Positions 1 to 11,922 are shown, counted from the first letter of the stretch. The stretch is 64,000 nucleotides of DNA from Gnetum montanum (GCA_015680685.1 MNCI01002538.1:454110-518109); one strand, 5' to 3'. A program made the numbers and translations. Notes: generated by a model from the letters alone, not told the origin.

Positions 1-289
1 TAGACCCTAAGAAGAGATGGATCTATGGAATGCCTTAGAGATGTTGGCCCTTTGGGTTGGACTACTCCAGCTTATTATAGAGTAGGGAAGTATTTGGGCT
101 TCCTCCAATTGCCCCTTGTGTTTCATGCAAGGCATTGGATGGAAGGACGTATCAGGTGTTGGGGTTGGTATCTTCCCTCAAGCCTAGCTCCAGAGGAGTT
201 GACGGAGTTTTGAACCCATACAGAAGTGTACTATCGAAGCTATCCTAGGCTCTGCTCTGAGGACGTTGCTTCTTTGTGCAGGGGAGGAT

Positions 290-886
290 TGTGAGAGATG
301 TTCCAAGGTGATGGTTCTCCTGGGCTCTCCCTGTAGTTCAAGGGCCATGGAACACTTTAAGATGTCCTCGAGGGACTCAAGTGTTAGAAAATCCATCCTA
401 ACCTAGTAGTACCAAGCTAGCAATAGGACACCCTCCTGTTGTAACTCTCTTCTAAGTCCTCTTCATTTCACCCTCACTGCAGAGAACTACATGGCCCTAA
501 TTCTATGACAGTCGTAGATATGTAGGAAGCCAAGACTAGATAGTTTTGGTGTGGTGCCAAGACACACCTTGTACCAGATCATGAGGGTTCTAGAGGTGAG
601 GCACCTTCCCTTGTAGGTGCATCGTTTCCCGCCTCCCCCCCCCCCTCCCCCCACCGATGTTGTCTACAAGGTTGTTTGTATGCTTGTTTGCATGGTCCTT
701 ATTTTGGAGTTGGTTACCCTCCATGAGGTGCATTTCCATATATGGTGAGAAGCTATGATTCTACTTGTACTCACTCTTGAGTTTCTTGCTTGTTTGAGGT
801 GTATTCCCCAGGTCTTCCACCCTAGATCCATTGGATCTTACTGAATTCCTTGGGGTGCTAGACAATTTTGGGGCAACGTTGTTACA
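290..886 (+). mobile_element. 3' LTR of an LTR retrotransposon (3' internal remnant upstream at 1-289)
   Basis: Purine tract AGGGGAGGA (280-288) precedes TGTGAGAG; the unit ends TTGTTACA. It is homologous, in inverted orientation, to 57567-58135, whose CA end is followed by a Met PBS. Confidence 0.75.
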
Positions 887-3149
887 TCCCACTTCTCTTT
901 TCTTCTCTAATAAGGAATGGTGGCTATTCTGTGAGTGCATTCTTGTGTCTCAAGGAGGTAGACTAGTCTTAGAATGGTGATTGAAAGTCATTGAACATGG
1001 TTGGTTTTGGTCTGGACTAACGATGGATCTTATCAAGTTATTTAACCATAAAATTTACAAGGGACTTCATGTGACCATAATTAAGAACTCCATTCCACTA
1101 TCACTTTCTTCCATCTATGCTTTCCATGTCTCACCTCATTTCCATTTTTATGTTCTTTTTTGATGTCCTAGTTTGATGTGTTGAAATTCTTAGGTAGTTT
1201 CTTCCCAATTTTTATACTTAAACCTTCTGTATATATATATTAATCATCCATAGGGCCCACAAACTTCTCGATTTGAAGTTATGCAAGGGTAACAAAAGGC
1301 CTATGTCNCATCAATGACATCCAATTATGCACATCTTCACAACATTTTTCAGTGAAACCTTTTATTGTTAGTGTTGTGAATTCTTACACCCTCTTCAAGC
1401 ATTTCATTCTATTTGAACTTTTTCAAATTTAATAAATTGCTTCTCCATTTTACCCTATTTTTCAATCTTCCCATTAACACTACTAACGGAATTAATCTAC
1501 CACAATCATAGCCTAGTTGAGTGTAATCACTGATGAAACAAGGTACTTAATAGCTAGGTGTTGCACATTGCATACTAATTTGCAATTCTATTGTAATTAC
1601 AGTGGGAAGGATGGATTGAAAGTGGGGCTATCTTCACCATGGATGATGTGGTAGTACCACATGATGATGACTCTTCATGATCATTGAATCTTCTTCCTCA
1701 CTCTTTAGCTTCCAAAGGAGTGGATGTCAGTTTTATCCAAGGTGTTCTCTTCTCTTATAATGAACACTCAGTTTTGTAAAAGATTGTAATATATACACTT
1801 GGGCACTTAGGAGTCTATTTGTTCCATCTGATTCAGTTTGTATGTAATTCAATAATCCCATACCTTCCCAATATTTTGTAAGGAACTTGTTTTTTCTCTT
1901 CTTCACTCAAGAATGAGTTTTCATTCAATCATTTGGGTATGATGAATCATGTTTTGACTAGCTATGATATCAGATATCCATGCCTCAATATTGGATCCCA
2001 AGATGTGATGTTGAATATCCAATATCACAGAGTATATACTAGCCTATAAATGTAGTTCTTGGGCTCATAATTTTCATATAGTTTTTGTCATAAATAGCGA
2101 AGCTCTTGTAGTTTTGTTTCTCTAGAGTTAGAATATTTTCTAGGTGCCCATAGTAGGAGTCTGAGTGTGTATAGATCTTTGTTTGAATAGTAATGTACTT
2201 GAGCACAGTAGTTTGATAAGAATAAAAATGAACCCTTTTGATCATCCTTGTAGCACTAAGAATAGATTAATGTTTCCTTGATGCATTTAATATTCATACA
2301 CTTTATTTTCATGCACTTCACTTTAATGCACTTTAATTAAGTAATTAATTTCCAGTTATTAATGGACATAAGAATGACCACCTCAAGCATATGTGTAGCA
2401 CTTGGTAACCTAGAAACACTTAATGTTTGGTAGCCTAGTAGCACTATATGTGTTCAGAATGTGTTTGGAAAGTGGGAATGACTACTTGTATTAGGTGAGC
2501 TAGGCAGTAGATGAATTAGATCTTAAATTACTTTACCTTTCATTCTTGTTGTATGCGATTAAATTTATAAAACATAAAATGATAAAACTCATATACCTCA
2601 ATTACACTTAAACCATATCCTTGAGCTTCACAAGTGTAGTCTGGAAGACAATGAATGTTCTCAATTCCCATTTCACTTTCTAAAAAATTAGCGCATTGGA
2701 TCACACATGAATGCCTTAGTGATCCATATGATTGGGCATAGGGGTACCTCGCTACATATCACTTAGGAATAAGTATAGCTAGAATAACACAAGAAGAAAT
2801 TGATTCCCTAATAAAGCCATTAAAGAGTAATTCACTTGCTTATGCAACTCCTCCCTTTGATGTCAAGTCATACAATAAGCTCTCTCAATTAGGATGGTGG
2901 CTCCATGCATAAAATCAATTTGGCAATGAATGGATCTCATTGGAGAAAGTCCTTCCCATTTGCCTTTGAAAACATAAGCAAATTCCAATGCCAAATATTG
3001 ATTATTTAAGGAAGTTCATTTTGATGTTCCTCTTCAGTTGTAGTAATGGTGAACACAATCACAAAGTCATGACCATTTACTTCATGTTCTTTGAGATATT
3101 CATTTTCACATAGTAAAATTAAAGTAACATTATCTATATATTGCTACAA

Positions 3150-5697
3150 TGTCATTGGAATTAATTGATGAATCCTATCCCTCCTATGAATAGATCATAT
3201 ATTCCTAACTCGATCATAAGTAGACTTGTTAGCATAATTCCAAGGTCTACAAGGAATTACATTAGCACTATCTATGAGAAGAATGTCACATTGTACTTGA
3301 TATTTAAAAGAATTAATCTAAAAAGACAAAATGCACCTTTTCTTTACCTCTTTGAAATGGTCTATAGAAAAATAATATATCTTGTAGGGCATTGGATGAG
3401 GAATCTTCTTTAATCCAACTCTATCAACAACCTTGGTGAAGATAGCATTCTTTTGATCACCTCCATCGATTGTGATGTAAATTCATTTACCACTAGATAG
3501 AAATCTAATCCCAATTCTAAAGATCATCTTCCCTAAAGGATATTTACTACAATTGACATTTCTCATAAATATATTAATTTAAGTAATATCTTAAATTAAA
3601 GAAGCATTAAGATTATCTTTATTTGAATACTGTCCTTTTTCAAAAGTTTGCAATTACTTATCCTTTGAAGCCTTAGGTTTTTGACATTTCCATTGTTTAT
3701 GTTCTATCTCTTCCTAATTGAATCATTAGATCCTGGAATGTTTATCATTTTCTTGANTTAAATATATGAGGTAAGGAGATAAAAAAATGAAAGAATATTA
3801 CATGGAATTTTGTAAATCTTTTCAACAATAAAAAGTGCATTAGGATGGGTATGAAAAAGCTTCTAATTTCTAGGATGGGCTTAAGAAAAAATTCCATTAA
3901 GAACTCACCTTCTATGAACATAAAACCTTGGATGAGACATTAGATTTGGCTTTGAAAGTTGAAAGGAAACTTAAACGTTTCAACAAAGGTCCTAAACTTT
4001 CCAAAGGCAAAGATCTCAAAGCTTCTAATGGAGATAAAGAAGCTAAGGAAAATTCATAGGAGAGGAAATAGGAGAATAAATAAGGCCAAGATTTCAAGAA
4101 GGACATTTCTAAAAAAAGGAAAGATCAAGAAAATGATAAACATTCCAGGATCTAATGATTCAATTAGGANCTTTAGCAAGAGCAACCTCAATTCCTTCAC
4201 TTTGTTTCCCTTAAGGCTTAGAAGATAGTTCCTTATTCCCTTTTCCTAAAAGGATGAACCCTTGAGACTTATTCTCAACAATAATATCATCAAAAAAGGC
4301 ATCATCTTGATCTTCATCTTCTCTAAGGTCTTCATTTCCAAAAGGAAGATCATATTTAATGGATGACATAGAGGAATATCTTGAAGAAGGTCTTGGTAAA
4401 GAAGTATTTGAGTTGTTCCCTTAACTAGCTACTCTTGGTAAAGAAACATATTCTTTTTTCTCTTCTAGATTTTCAAGTTTCTCAAAAATGAGCTTGAGAT
4501 AATTCCTTATGTCATCTATATCTCTTGACAAAGCTTGAACTATCTTCTTCTTTGAAGGCATGATGGAAAGTGACCTAACAGAAAAATTTTAACAAAATTC
4601 CACAAGGAAAAGTGATAGATTTAAGATTTTTCATGAAATGAAACAAAAAATACTCGAATCTTAGGAGAAATGAGTTGAATGTCTTTAAACTCTAAATATT
4701 ATAAGATAATATGTGTCTAAATCTATAATTATCTTTAAATTTTTTAAATATATGATAACTTAAGGATAAAAATGGAATTTTTTTAAGCCTTAAAATGAGT
4801 TAAATAGGTAACAAGAGAGAATTTACTCAAGCTTGATAATTTGAAGTGATTCTTTGTAATTGAGGTGATAATTATCCACTTAAATACAACTGTCTTCAAT
4901 TTCAAGTGCTTTGATACCAATATGATATGGAGCTTCTTTCAATTTCACAATCCAAGCTCTTTGATTTCAAAAAAAGAAAATAGAAAACAAGTCACTTTGA
5001 ATAAGAAAGAAAAGGTAAAAGCTTTATTCTTTCTTAAAAGAAGAATTTAGAGCCAAAAAAGAAGTACATACTTCCAAAGATAGATAATTAACCCAATCCA
5101 ACCCTCACACTAACTTAAGCAAAGTAATCACACATAGAAGGATGATGACCAAAGTAATTGACTAGGACTCTCTCTCTTACTCTCTGTCTAATCAACTCAT
5201 AGACTCTTCCTATCTTTTAACAAAAATAAAGGACTAGGAGGCATATTTATATTTTTCCCCTATCTCTTCATCTTCCCTGATGTTCAAATTTATAATTTTG
5301 AATCATTACAAATCAACACAATAATATCCCATAACCTGCCAAGACATCTTTGGAAAGTAGGAGATGTCCTAGCCAGTAATTGCTAGTTCTTAGAGAAGAT
5401 GTCTTATAAATGAAGAAGATGTCATATTGAAAATGGATATGTCTTCTACAGACATCTTGTCTCAATGGAGATTTCTTGAAAATGAAGGAGATGTCTTTCT
5501 CCCAAAGAAGACATCTCTCTAGATAGGCTCATAAAAAATCAAGATACTTGCTTCAAGACCTAGAGCATTTGGACACCTCTAAACATTCCCACACCTACCA
5601 AAACATCCTCAAATCATCACTAAGAAGACCAATACAAGAAGACATACACATAAAATACATTGAATATTACACAAGGGCAAATTGATGTCCTTAGTAG
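3150..5697 (-). mobile_element. Decayed Ty3/gypsy (CRM-like chromovirus): 5' LTR, PBS, gag, protease; no pol seen
   Basis: On the minus strand the LTR (~5697-4923) ends ...ATATCA, then PBS TGGTATCAAAGC (4919-4908). Gag starts MPSKKKIVQ (~4561). Protease reads ITIDGGDQKNA...GLKKIPHPMPYK (~3480-3380) and PWNYANKSTYD (~3240), matching the CRM IIDGGS..N / PHP.PYK / GRPWQYD pattern. Many stops. Confidence 0.75.
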
Positions 5698-7330
5698 TTT
5701 ATCTCTTCTAGTAACATTCAACATCCATTGAAGCATTTGCATTTCTACAATACTAATTTATCATTCATAGCTCTTTTGTGTAACTTAACATTCAGCATCA
5801 TATAAGATAGCAAGCTTGATTACTATCTTATAAAATTTTCTCTTTAATTTTATTAGCATTCTTTTATCATATAGAACACTACTAGCCTATCTCCCTTGTG
5901 ACCATCTTGTTTCCATTCTATTTTTAATATCTTTATCAATTTCAGCATCTGATTGGCGAATTGATCCTAGGTAGTAGAACATTTTGTAGTGAGGGACTTT
6001 TTTTTCTTGAATTATCACTTCTATTTTACCACTATTTATGTTATTAAAATTGCATTCTATATATTCTATTGTACTTCTACTAAGTTTTAAGCCTTTTGAT
6101 TCTAGAGCATATCTTCACTTCTTCATTTTAGCACCAATATTTTCTTGAGTCATATCTACCAGTACAAGATCATCTATAAATAGTATACATCAAAGGATTT
6201 CATCTTGTATTTCCTTTGTTAATTTAGTCATAATAATGGCAAATAAGTATGGGCTAAGTGCAAACCCTTGATATAGACCTATTGTGACTAGAAAATCAAA
6301 TGTTACTCTATGAACTATTCTAATTTTAATGGTAGCTTCTTCATATATGTATTTAATCAATTTAATTACTTTATTAGGGATGTTTTTCCTCTATAAGATC
6401 CACCAAATAATGTCTCTAGGCACTCTGTCATATTCCTTTTCTAAGCCAATGAAGATCATATGTAGATTTTTTCTATGTTTTTCAAATTTCTCCATCACTT
6501 GGCATACTCAAAAAATAACCACTATAATAGATCTCCTTGGTATAAATTTAAATTAATTTTTTGATACTATTGATTCAAGACTGAGATGCTTTCTCTATGA
6601 CTTTCTCCAAAAGCTTAATAGTATGGCTAATTAGCTTAATATTGTTATAGTTTGTACAATTGTAAATGGGAATAAAAAAGCTTTTTCTCCAATTGTTGGA
6701 CATTTCTCCATCTTTCAAAATTTTATTAAATTATTATGAAAACTACGAAACTCTTGTATCTCCCAATGGTTTCTAAGCTTTAATAAGAATGTTATCTGGT
6801 CCAACAGCTTTTTCATTTTTCATCTTTGCTAAGGCTATCTTTACCTCAAAGAAGAAAAGTTCATTAACTAAACTAAAATTTGATTCTTCTTCTTGGATGT
6901 CTTCTCTTGGGAATTTCTCATTTAATAATTCTTAAAAATAAGTTTTCTACCTATTCAAAATTTCATTGTCTTTTGCCAAAATTCTTTCATCTACTTCCTT
7001 GATACATTTAATATGATCAATATTCATACATTTATTGTTTTTGATTCTTGTCAATTTATAAATAGATTTTTCTCATTTCTTTATTTCTAATTTTTCATAA
7101 AATCTATCTAAGACCTTTTGTTTGGCTTTGGCTACTATTACTTTTCCCTTTTGTATATCAACCAATTTTCTTGGGTATCACTTTGCTATCATTCCCTAAA
7201 GCATTTTTTCATGTTTTGGATAGTGTGTTGCACTTTATCACTCCACTACCATGTCTCTTTTGGGATGTATTTTTTGCCTTTTATTTCACCCAAAATGTTC
7301 TTTCTAATTTTCTAAATTCAACTTTCTATT
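5698..7330 (-). mobile_element. Decayed non-LTR retrotransposon, RTE clade, reverse transcriptase region
   Basis: Minus-strand translation gives KETW*W (~7250), LHMIFIGLEKEYDRVPRDIIWWIL (~6430), GLYQGFALSPYLFAIIM...CILFIDDLVLVD (~6280-6160), FYYLGSI (~5970) and EMQMLQWMLNVTRRDKL (~5720). These correspond to the plant RTE motifs GLHQGSALSPYLF, CMLFADDIVL and AEMRMLRW. Confidence 0.9.
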
Positions 7331-7459
7331 GGGCCCTAAATTAAATTTGCAAAGTAATCCCAATTTTGAGTGCCTTCATGAAGCATTTGTTTTCTAAATA
7401 AGATGATATTATCATAAATTTGATGTTTTTGGTATCTTTAAGTAATTTAAAGCTTGGAT

Positions 7460-8860
7460 TGAGAAACTCCTAATTATATTAATTAAATGTTTCAAAATAG
7501 ATAATGGAAAAGAGTTCAACTCTATAGATTTTGAATATTATTCTAGGAAAGTTGAGATTAAAATATACAAGAAGATTGCCTATAATCTTGAGTAAAATGG
7601 AGTTGCAGAATATATGAATAGAATTCTTCTTAAAACAACAACAAGAATGATGAGCAATGTCAATTTGGATTAAGAATTTTGGGCAGATGCTATTTTTACA
7701 ATATGTTTCTTAATTAAGAAATCACTAGCAACTACACTAGATTATGAAACTTTAGAGGATGTATCAATAGATCATTCTTTTGATTATTTCTTTCATAGAG
7801 TTTTTGGTTGCATTGCATATGCTCTAGTTTTGAAACATCAGCATACAAAATTAGAGTTTAAATCTAGAAAATATATCTTTGTTGGGTATGATGGTGATGT
7901 TATGGGATATAGCTCATTAGATCCTACTTACGATAAAATCATCTATAGCAAAGATATAGGTTTTCATGAATTATCTAACAATATTGAATAGGAAGTAAAA
8001 GTTGAACATGAACATATAAATGTACCTAGTAATTAGCTAGTTGTGTTGGAGACTTAATCATCTTCAAATAGACAATAAAATAAAATAAAAAGCTTTGCTT
8101 ACTTGAAAATTTAGCAAATGAAGAGACAAAAATAAATAAATAAATTGTTGCACAGCCTCTACAACAATCCACAAAAGTGTTCTTCTTAAGAAATTTGATG
8201 ATTATGTTATAATTACATTATTTTTAGATGGAATAATTACATTATCCTTAGATGGAACAAAACCAAGCATATATTACAAAGCTATGAAAGATGTTTTAGC
8301 TCTAAATGGAAAGAAGCAATAAAAGAGGAGATGGATTCTTTGGAGAAAAATGAAACATGAATTTTGGTGGAGGTTCCAAAAGGTATCTTTAAAAAGAGTA
8401 GATCCACTATCAGTTATCTATTTACTCTTGCAACAAGTCTAATTAATTGGATGTTAGAATTACAATATGTTGTATGGTTGTCTACCATTGAAAAAGAGTA
8501 CATGTCTACTATAGAAGCTTGCAAGCAAGTTGTTTGGTTATAGGGCATATTGGGTGAGTTGGGTATCCAAAGGGAAAAATTTAAAAATATTTTGTGATAA
8601 TCAAAGTACTATATATTTAGCCAAGAATCCAGTCCATCAATATAAAACAAAATATATTTGAATAAAACAGGTTATTGCAATAGGTGGAGAGTTACTTGAG
8701 AAAATTTATACAAGTCAAAAATGTGCAGATATATTAACAAAATTAGTATTGTTGAAGAAGTTCAAGTGGTGCTTCAACTTCTTAGGCTTTGAGGAAAGGT
8801 GATGAAAATATTTGAGCAAGGCAAAGTGAGTTTGTTGTGAAGGTAGAAATTGTTGAGTTG
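7460..8860 (+). mobile_element. Decayed Ty1/copia remnant: integrase, RT start, RNase H, PPT; most of RT deleted
   Basis: KCFKIDNGKEF...NGVAEYMNRILL (7485-7630), EFWADAI, FGCIAY, KWKEAIKEEMDSLEKNET (~8310-8360), then directly STISYLF...LSTIEKEYM (8400-8505), CDNQSTIYLAKNPVH and CADILTK. The purine tract GAAGGTAGAAAT is followed by TGTTGAG (~8850). Confidence 0.85.
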
Positions 8861-9033
8861 ATAACAAGTTATCTAGTATTCTCTCTCTCTCTTATCTTTC
8901 ATTTTCTATTTTTGAGAATTGATGTTTCCCATTCTGTTTTCAGAAATTTTAGTTCTCTGTTTTTTTCTGAGAAACACAAAATTAAGTTAATGTTTAACAG
9001 AACATGTAACTTGTACTCTCTTCTACCTATAAT

Positions 9034-9093
9034 GTGGTTATTTTTAAACTTAAGCACCAAAAAATGGTTATTTTTAAACTTAAGCACCAAAAA
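9034..9093. repeat. 30-bp tandem duplication
   Basis: TGGTTATTTTTAAACTTAAGCACCAAAAAA occurs twice in tandem. Confidence 0.9.
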
Positions 9094-9407
9094 ATCAAGA
9101 GAGGCTATACTATAAATATAAGCTTGTTATGTGGAATTACACTAATTTATTGTTAACAAAATTTTCCCTTTACATTAAAAGGTACCTGGTTGAACCTCCT
9201 TTGTTTCAATTGTTTTCTCAATATGCATTAGAATGCTCAATGAAATCGTAAGTTTCAGTAGAAAATAAATATATAGAATGTTACTATTTCTGAAAGAAAA
9301 AACATTAGTATCGATCATCTTACATCATGTTTCACTAACTTTCCCTTTCGCTAACATTTACTAACAATGAGACATTATCTTTCATGGACCATGGTGGCCT
9401 CTGGTCT

Positions 9408-9474
9408 AGATCAGAATGGATAAGAAAGAATTGGAACCGAAAGATCAGAATGGATAAGAATTGGAACCGAAAGT
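9408..9474. repeat. ~30-34-bp tandem duplication upstream of the CRK gene
   Basis: AGATCAGAATGGATAAG(AAAG)AATTGGAACCGAA occurs twice in tandem. Confidence 0.85.
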
Positions 9475-9855
9475 TGCTTGTGAGCGGAAGCCTTGAGTCT
9501 TATTGGTTGATCAAAACAAGAACGAATGACATACACGTTTTGTGCGAGGGTCTACACCAACTTTCCAAAATTCTCTTATCTGCCTTCTTCTTGTTGGTTT
9601 GAAGGAAATGCAACCTTCAAATAATGAATGCCACTTAGACTATTGCTGTCATTTGGATTTAGCAAACCGCCAATGGTGCGCCATAAGTGAAAACACAACA
9701 CCAATAAGCACCTCGTTACATGGAGGACTTCCATCACGCGTGCAAGGTGGCGATCGTCGTCCACTAATTTTTCTGTCGTGTTTCATACACGTACTGTATT
9801 TATCAAAAACTTTTGAGGAGTTTGTCTTAGCTGAACCATTTCATTGGAAAACGCC

Positions 9856-10678
9856 ATGGCGAATCCCTGTAATGGCCGTTGTCGCATCCTCATCCTTTCT
9901 GTTTTCGTAATCCTCTTCTTCTTCTGCTGCCGCTGGACTACTTGCAGCATCATCCCGCTACAATGCAATCAAAACAATTACACAGAGGGCACAGAAGTGG
10001 CTAAGAACATCAAAACTGTGCTCGAGAATCTGGTGATCGCATCAAGCCAACCTGCAGCATTCAATATCTCTGTTGTTGTTGGCCAAGGAAATGATAGCAC
10101 AGTTTACGGCCTCCTCCAGTGTAGAGGAGATCACACTGCGAATATGTGCTTCAACTGTTCACAGAACGCCAAACAGGTGATTCAAACCAATTGCAGTCGC
10201 AGTTTGGGAGCGACCATCTGGTATCCATATTGCTTTATACGCTATGAGATCTTTAATTTCACGGGCAAGCTGCAACCAGGCAGCAATATTGGGTCGTATT
10301 ACAATATCGCCAATGCTTCAGATCCTGAGAGCTTTGATAATACCAAGGAGAAGCTTCTCAAGAATCTGGTTGGCAAGGCCAGCTCAAATCTGCTGACCAG
10401 ATATGCCACGGATTCAGCCGTAGACGCTTTTGTCACGATTTACGGCCTGGTGCAGTGCTGGCGAGATATTTCCACAAATGATTGTCACTTGTGCTTAGAC
10501 TTCAACCTTGAATGGTTGTTCAGCTTTACGGAAGGCAAGATAGGAGGCGTATCTATTGACAAAAATTGCATTGTTGAATATGAAGTCAACTCGTTTTTTG
10601 GTGCCCCTGCAATTGATGATTCTGCTCCTCCTGCCGCTCCAGTTCCTGCATCTCCCCCTTTGTCGCCATTGCCTTTTG
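9856..10678 (+). CDS. Intact exon 1: signal peptide, two DUF26 (Gnk2-like) domains and Pro-rich linker
   Basis: 274 uninterrupted codons from ATG at 9856. Hydrophobic N-terminus ILILSVFVILFFFCC; two perfect C-X8-C-X2-C motifs (CRGDHTANMCFNC, CWRDISTNDCHLC); CFIRYE and CIVEYE; APPAAPVPASPPLSP linker; phase-1 donor G|GTAATA. Whether it is expressed is unknown. Confidence 0.7.
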
Positions 10679-11922
10679 GTAATATTAGCATTTTGCAGTT
10701 ACACATTTCTTTTTGCGTTCTAACATTCATGCTTTCTTCAAATCTGTGGGCAAGAGCCTAAGGATTACGGTGATTTTTTTTTTCTGAATTATATCTAAAA
10801 TTGCCCGGAGTTTGAGCCTGTATTTTTGCTAAAAAATTGTGCCTTCCGAGAGATGATAGACAAGATCGGCACAGAAGAAGATGCGGAACATCTTGTCAAA
10901 TAGTCCTTTAGAAGTAATATAGGCCCTGGGCCATTTTAGATATATATTAATATCGTACTTCCACAGTTTATTTTAAGTGGGTTAAAACTGTGACGGTCAA
11001 AGTACAATAATGGACCGAAAAATTATGGTGTTGCAGGCTAATCTAATAAAACCAGCAACAATATGACCCCAACAGTAGGGAGCAGTACTGGGGGCTATGC
11101 CGTGCTGACGCTATTTTTGGGAGGATTATTTCTTCTTCTGTAGCGTAAAATGAAGGCAATTTCTGGAGAACAACATCATCAAACGAGTATGTCTCGGGGA
11201 TTGGTTTTATCCGTAGGTTGCTGTTTCATATGCTTGGTTTGAAGTTTGAACAGAATTATTTGCCGTTGTGTCGTGACTATTATCCATGAAAACAGGGACT
11301 TCAAGCCCACGGCAAGAGGAGCAGGGGGATCTTGTTAACGAAGATAGTGATATCCTTTTTGCTGCAGATGAGCTCAGAATTGCCACAAATGATTTCGATG
11401 ATGAACTCAAACTTGGGGAGGGAGGACTTGGTTCGGTTTATAAGGTTAACTCTCTCTCTAGCTGTTTTCAAAACCATCTAAATTGACACAAAAATGATTT
11501 TTCAGAAAAGTACTTTCTGCTGCCATTTTACAGGGAACTCTCATAAACGGGAAACGCGTAGCAGTGAAGAAGCTTTCCCTAATTTCCTCACAAGCTAAAC
11601 ATGAATTTATGGATGAAATCAAGCTTTTGATGAATGTTCACCACAAAAATCTTGTGAATATTTTAGGATGAAAATTGAAGGTTCTCAGAAGATTATTGTT
11701 TACGAGTATCTCTGCAACAGTAGCCTTGCCAAATTCCTATTCGGTAAGGCTTCATTAAGTATTATCCTGGGTCAATATGCTTCTCACTTACATTTGTTGG
11801 CCCCTGTTCCTAAGTTTTCATTTTAAGAAATCATCCTCTTGTTCTTTTTAACAGATCCAGAGAAGAAAAAACATCTTGAGACTTCGTTTTAACATAATCG
11901 TTGCTAAAGGACTACTGCAATT

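Noticed and set aside
3712-4169. Biological 45-bp terminal inverted repeat (MITE or miRNA hairpin)
   Set aside because: The arms abut single-N contig breaks and the interior is gag coding sequence; a mis-oriented contig explains it better.
9733-9745. ACGCGT CAMTA-type element in the CRK promoter
   Set aside because: A single hexamer; plausible for a defence gene but not distinguishable from chance.
9844-9855. ORF-track start (TTG, MENA...) for the DUF26 protein
   Set aside because: Non-ATG start; gccATGG at 9856 is the plausible eukaryotic initiator directly ahead of the signal peptide.
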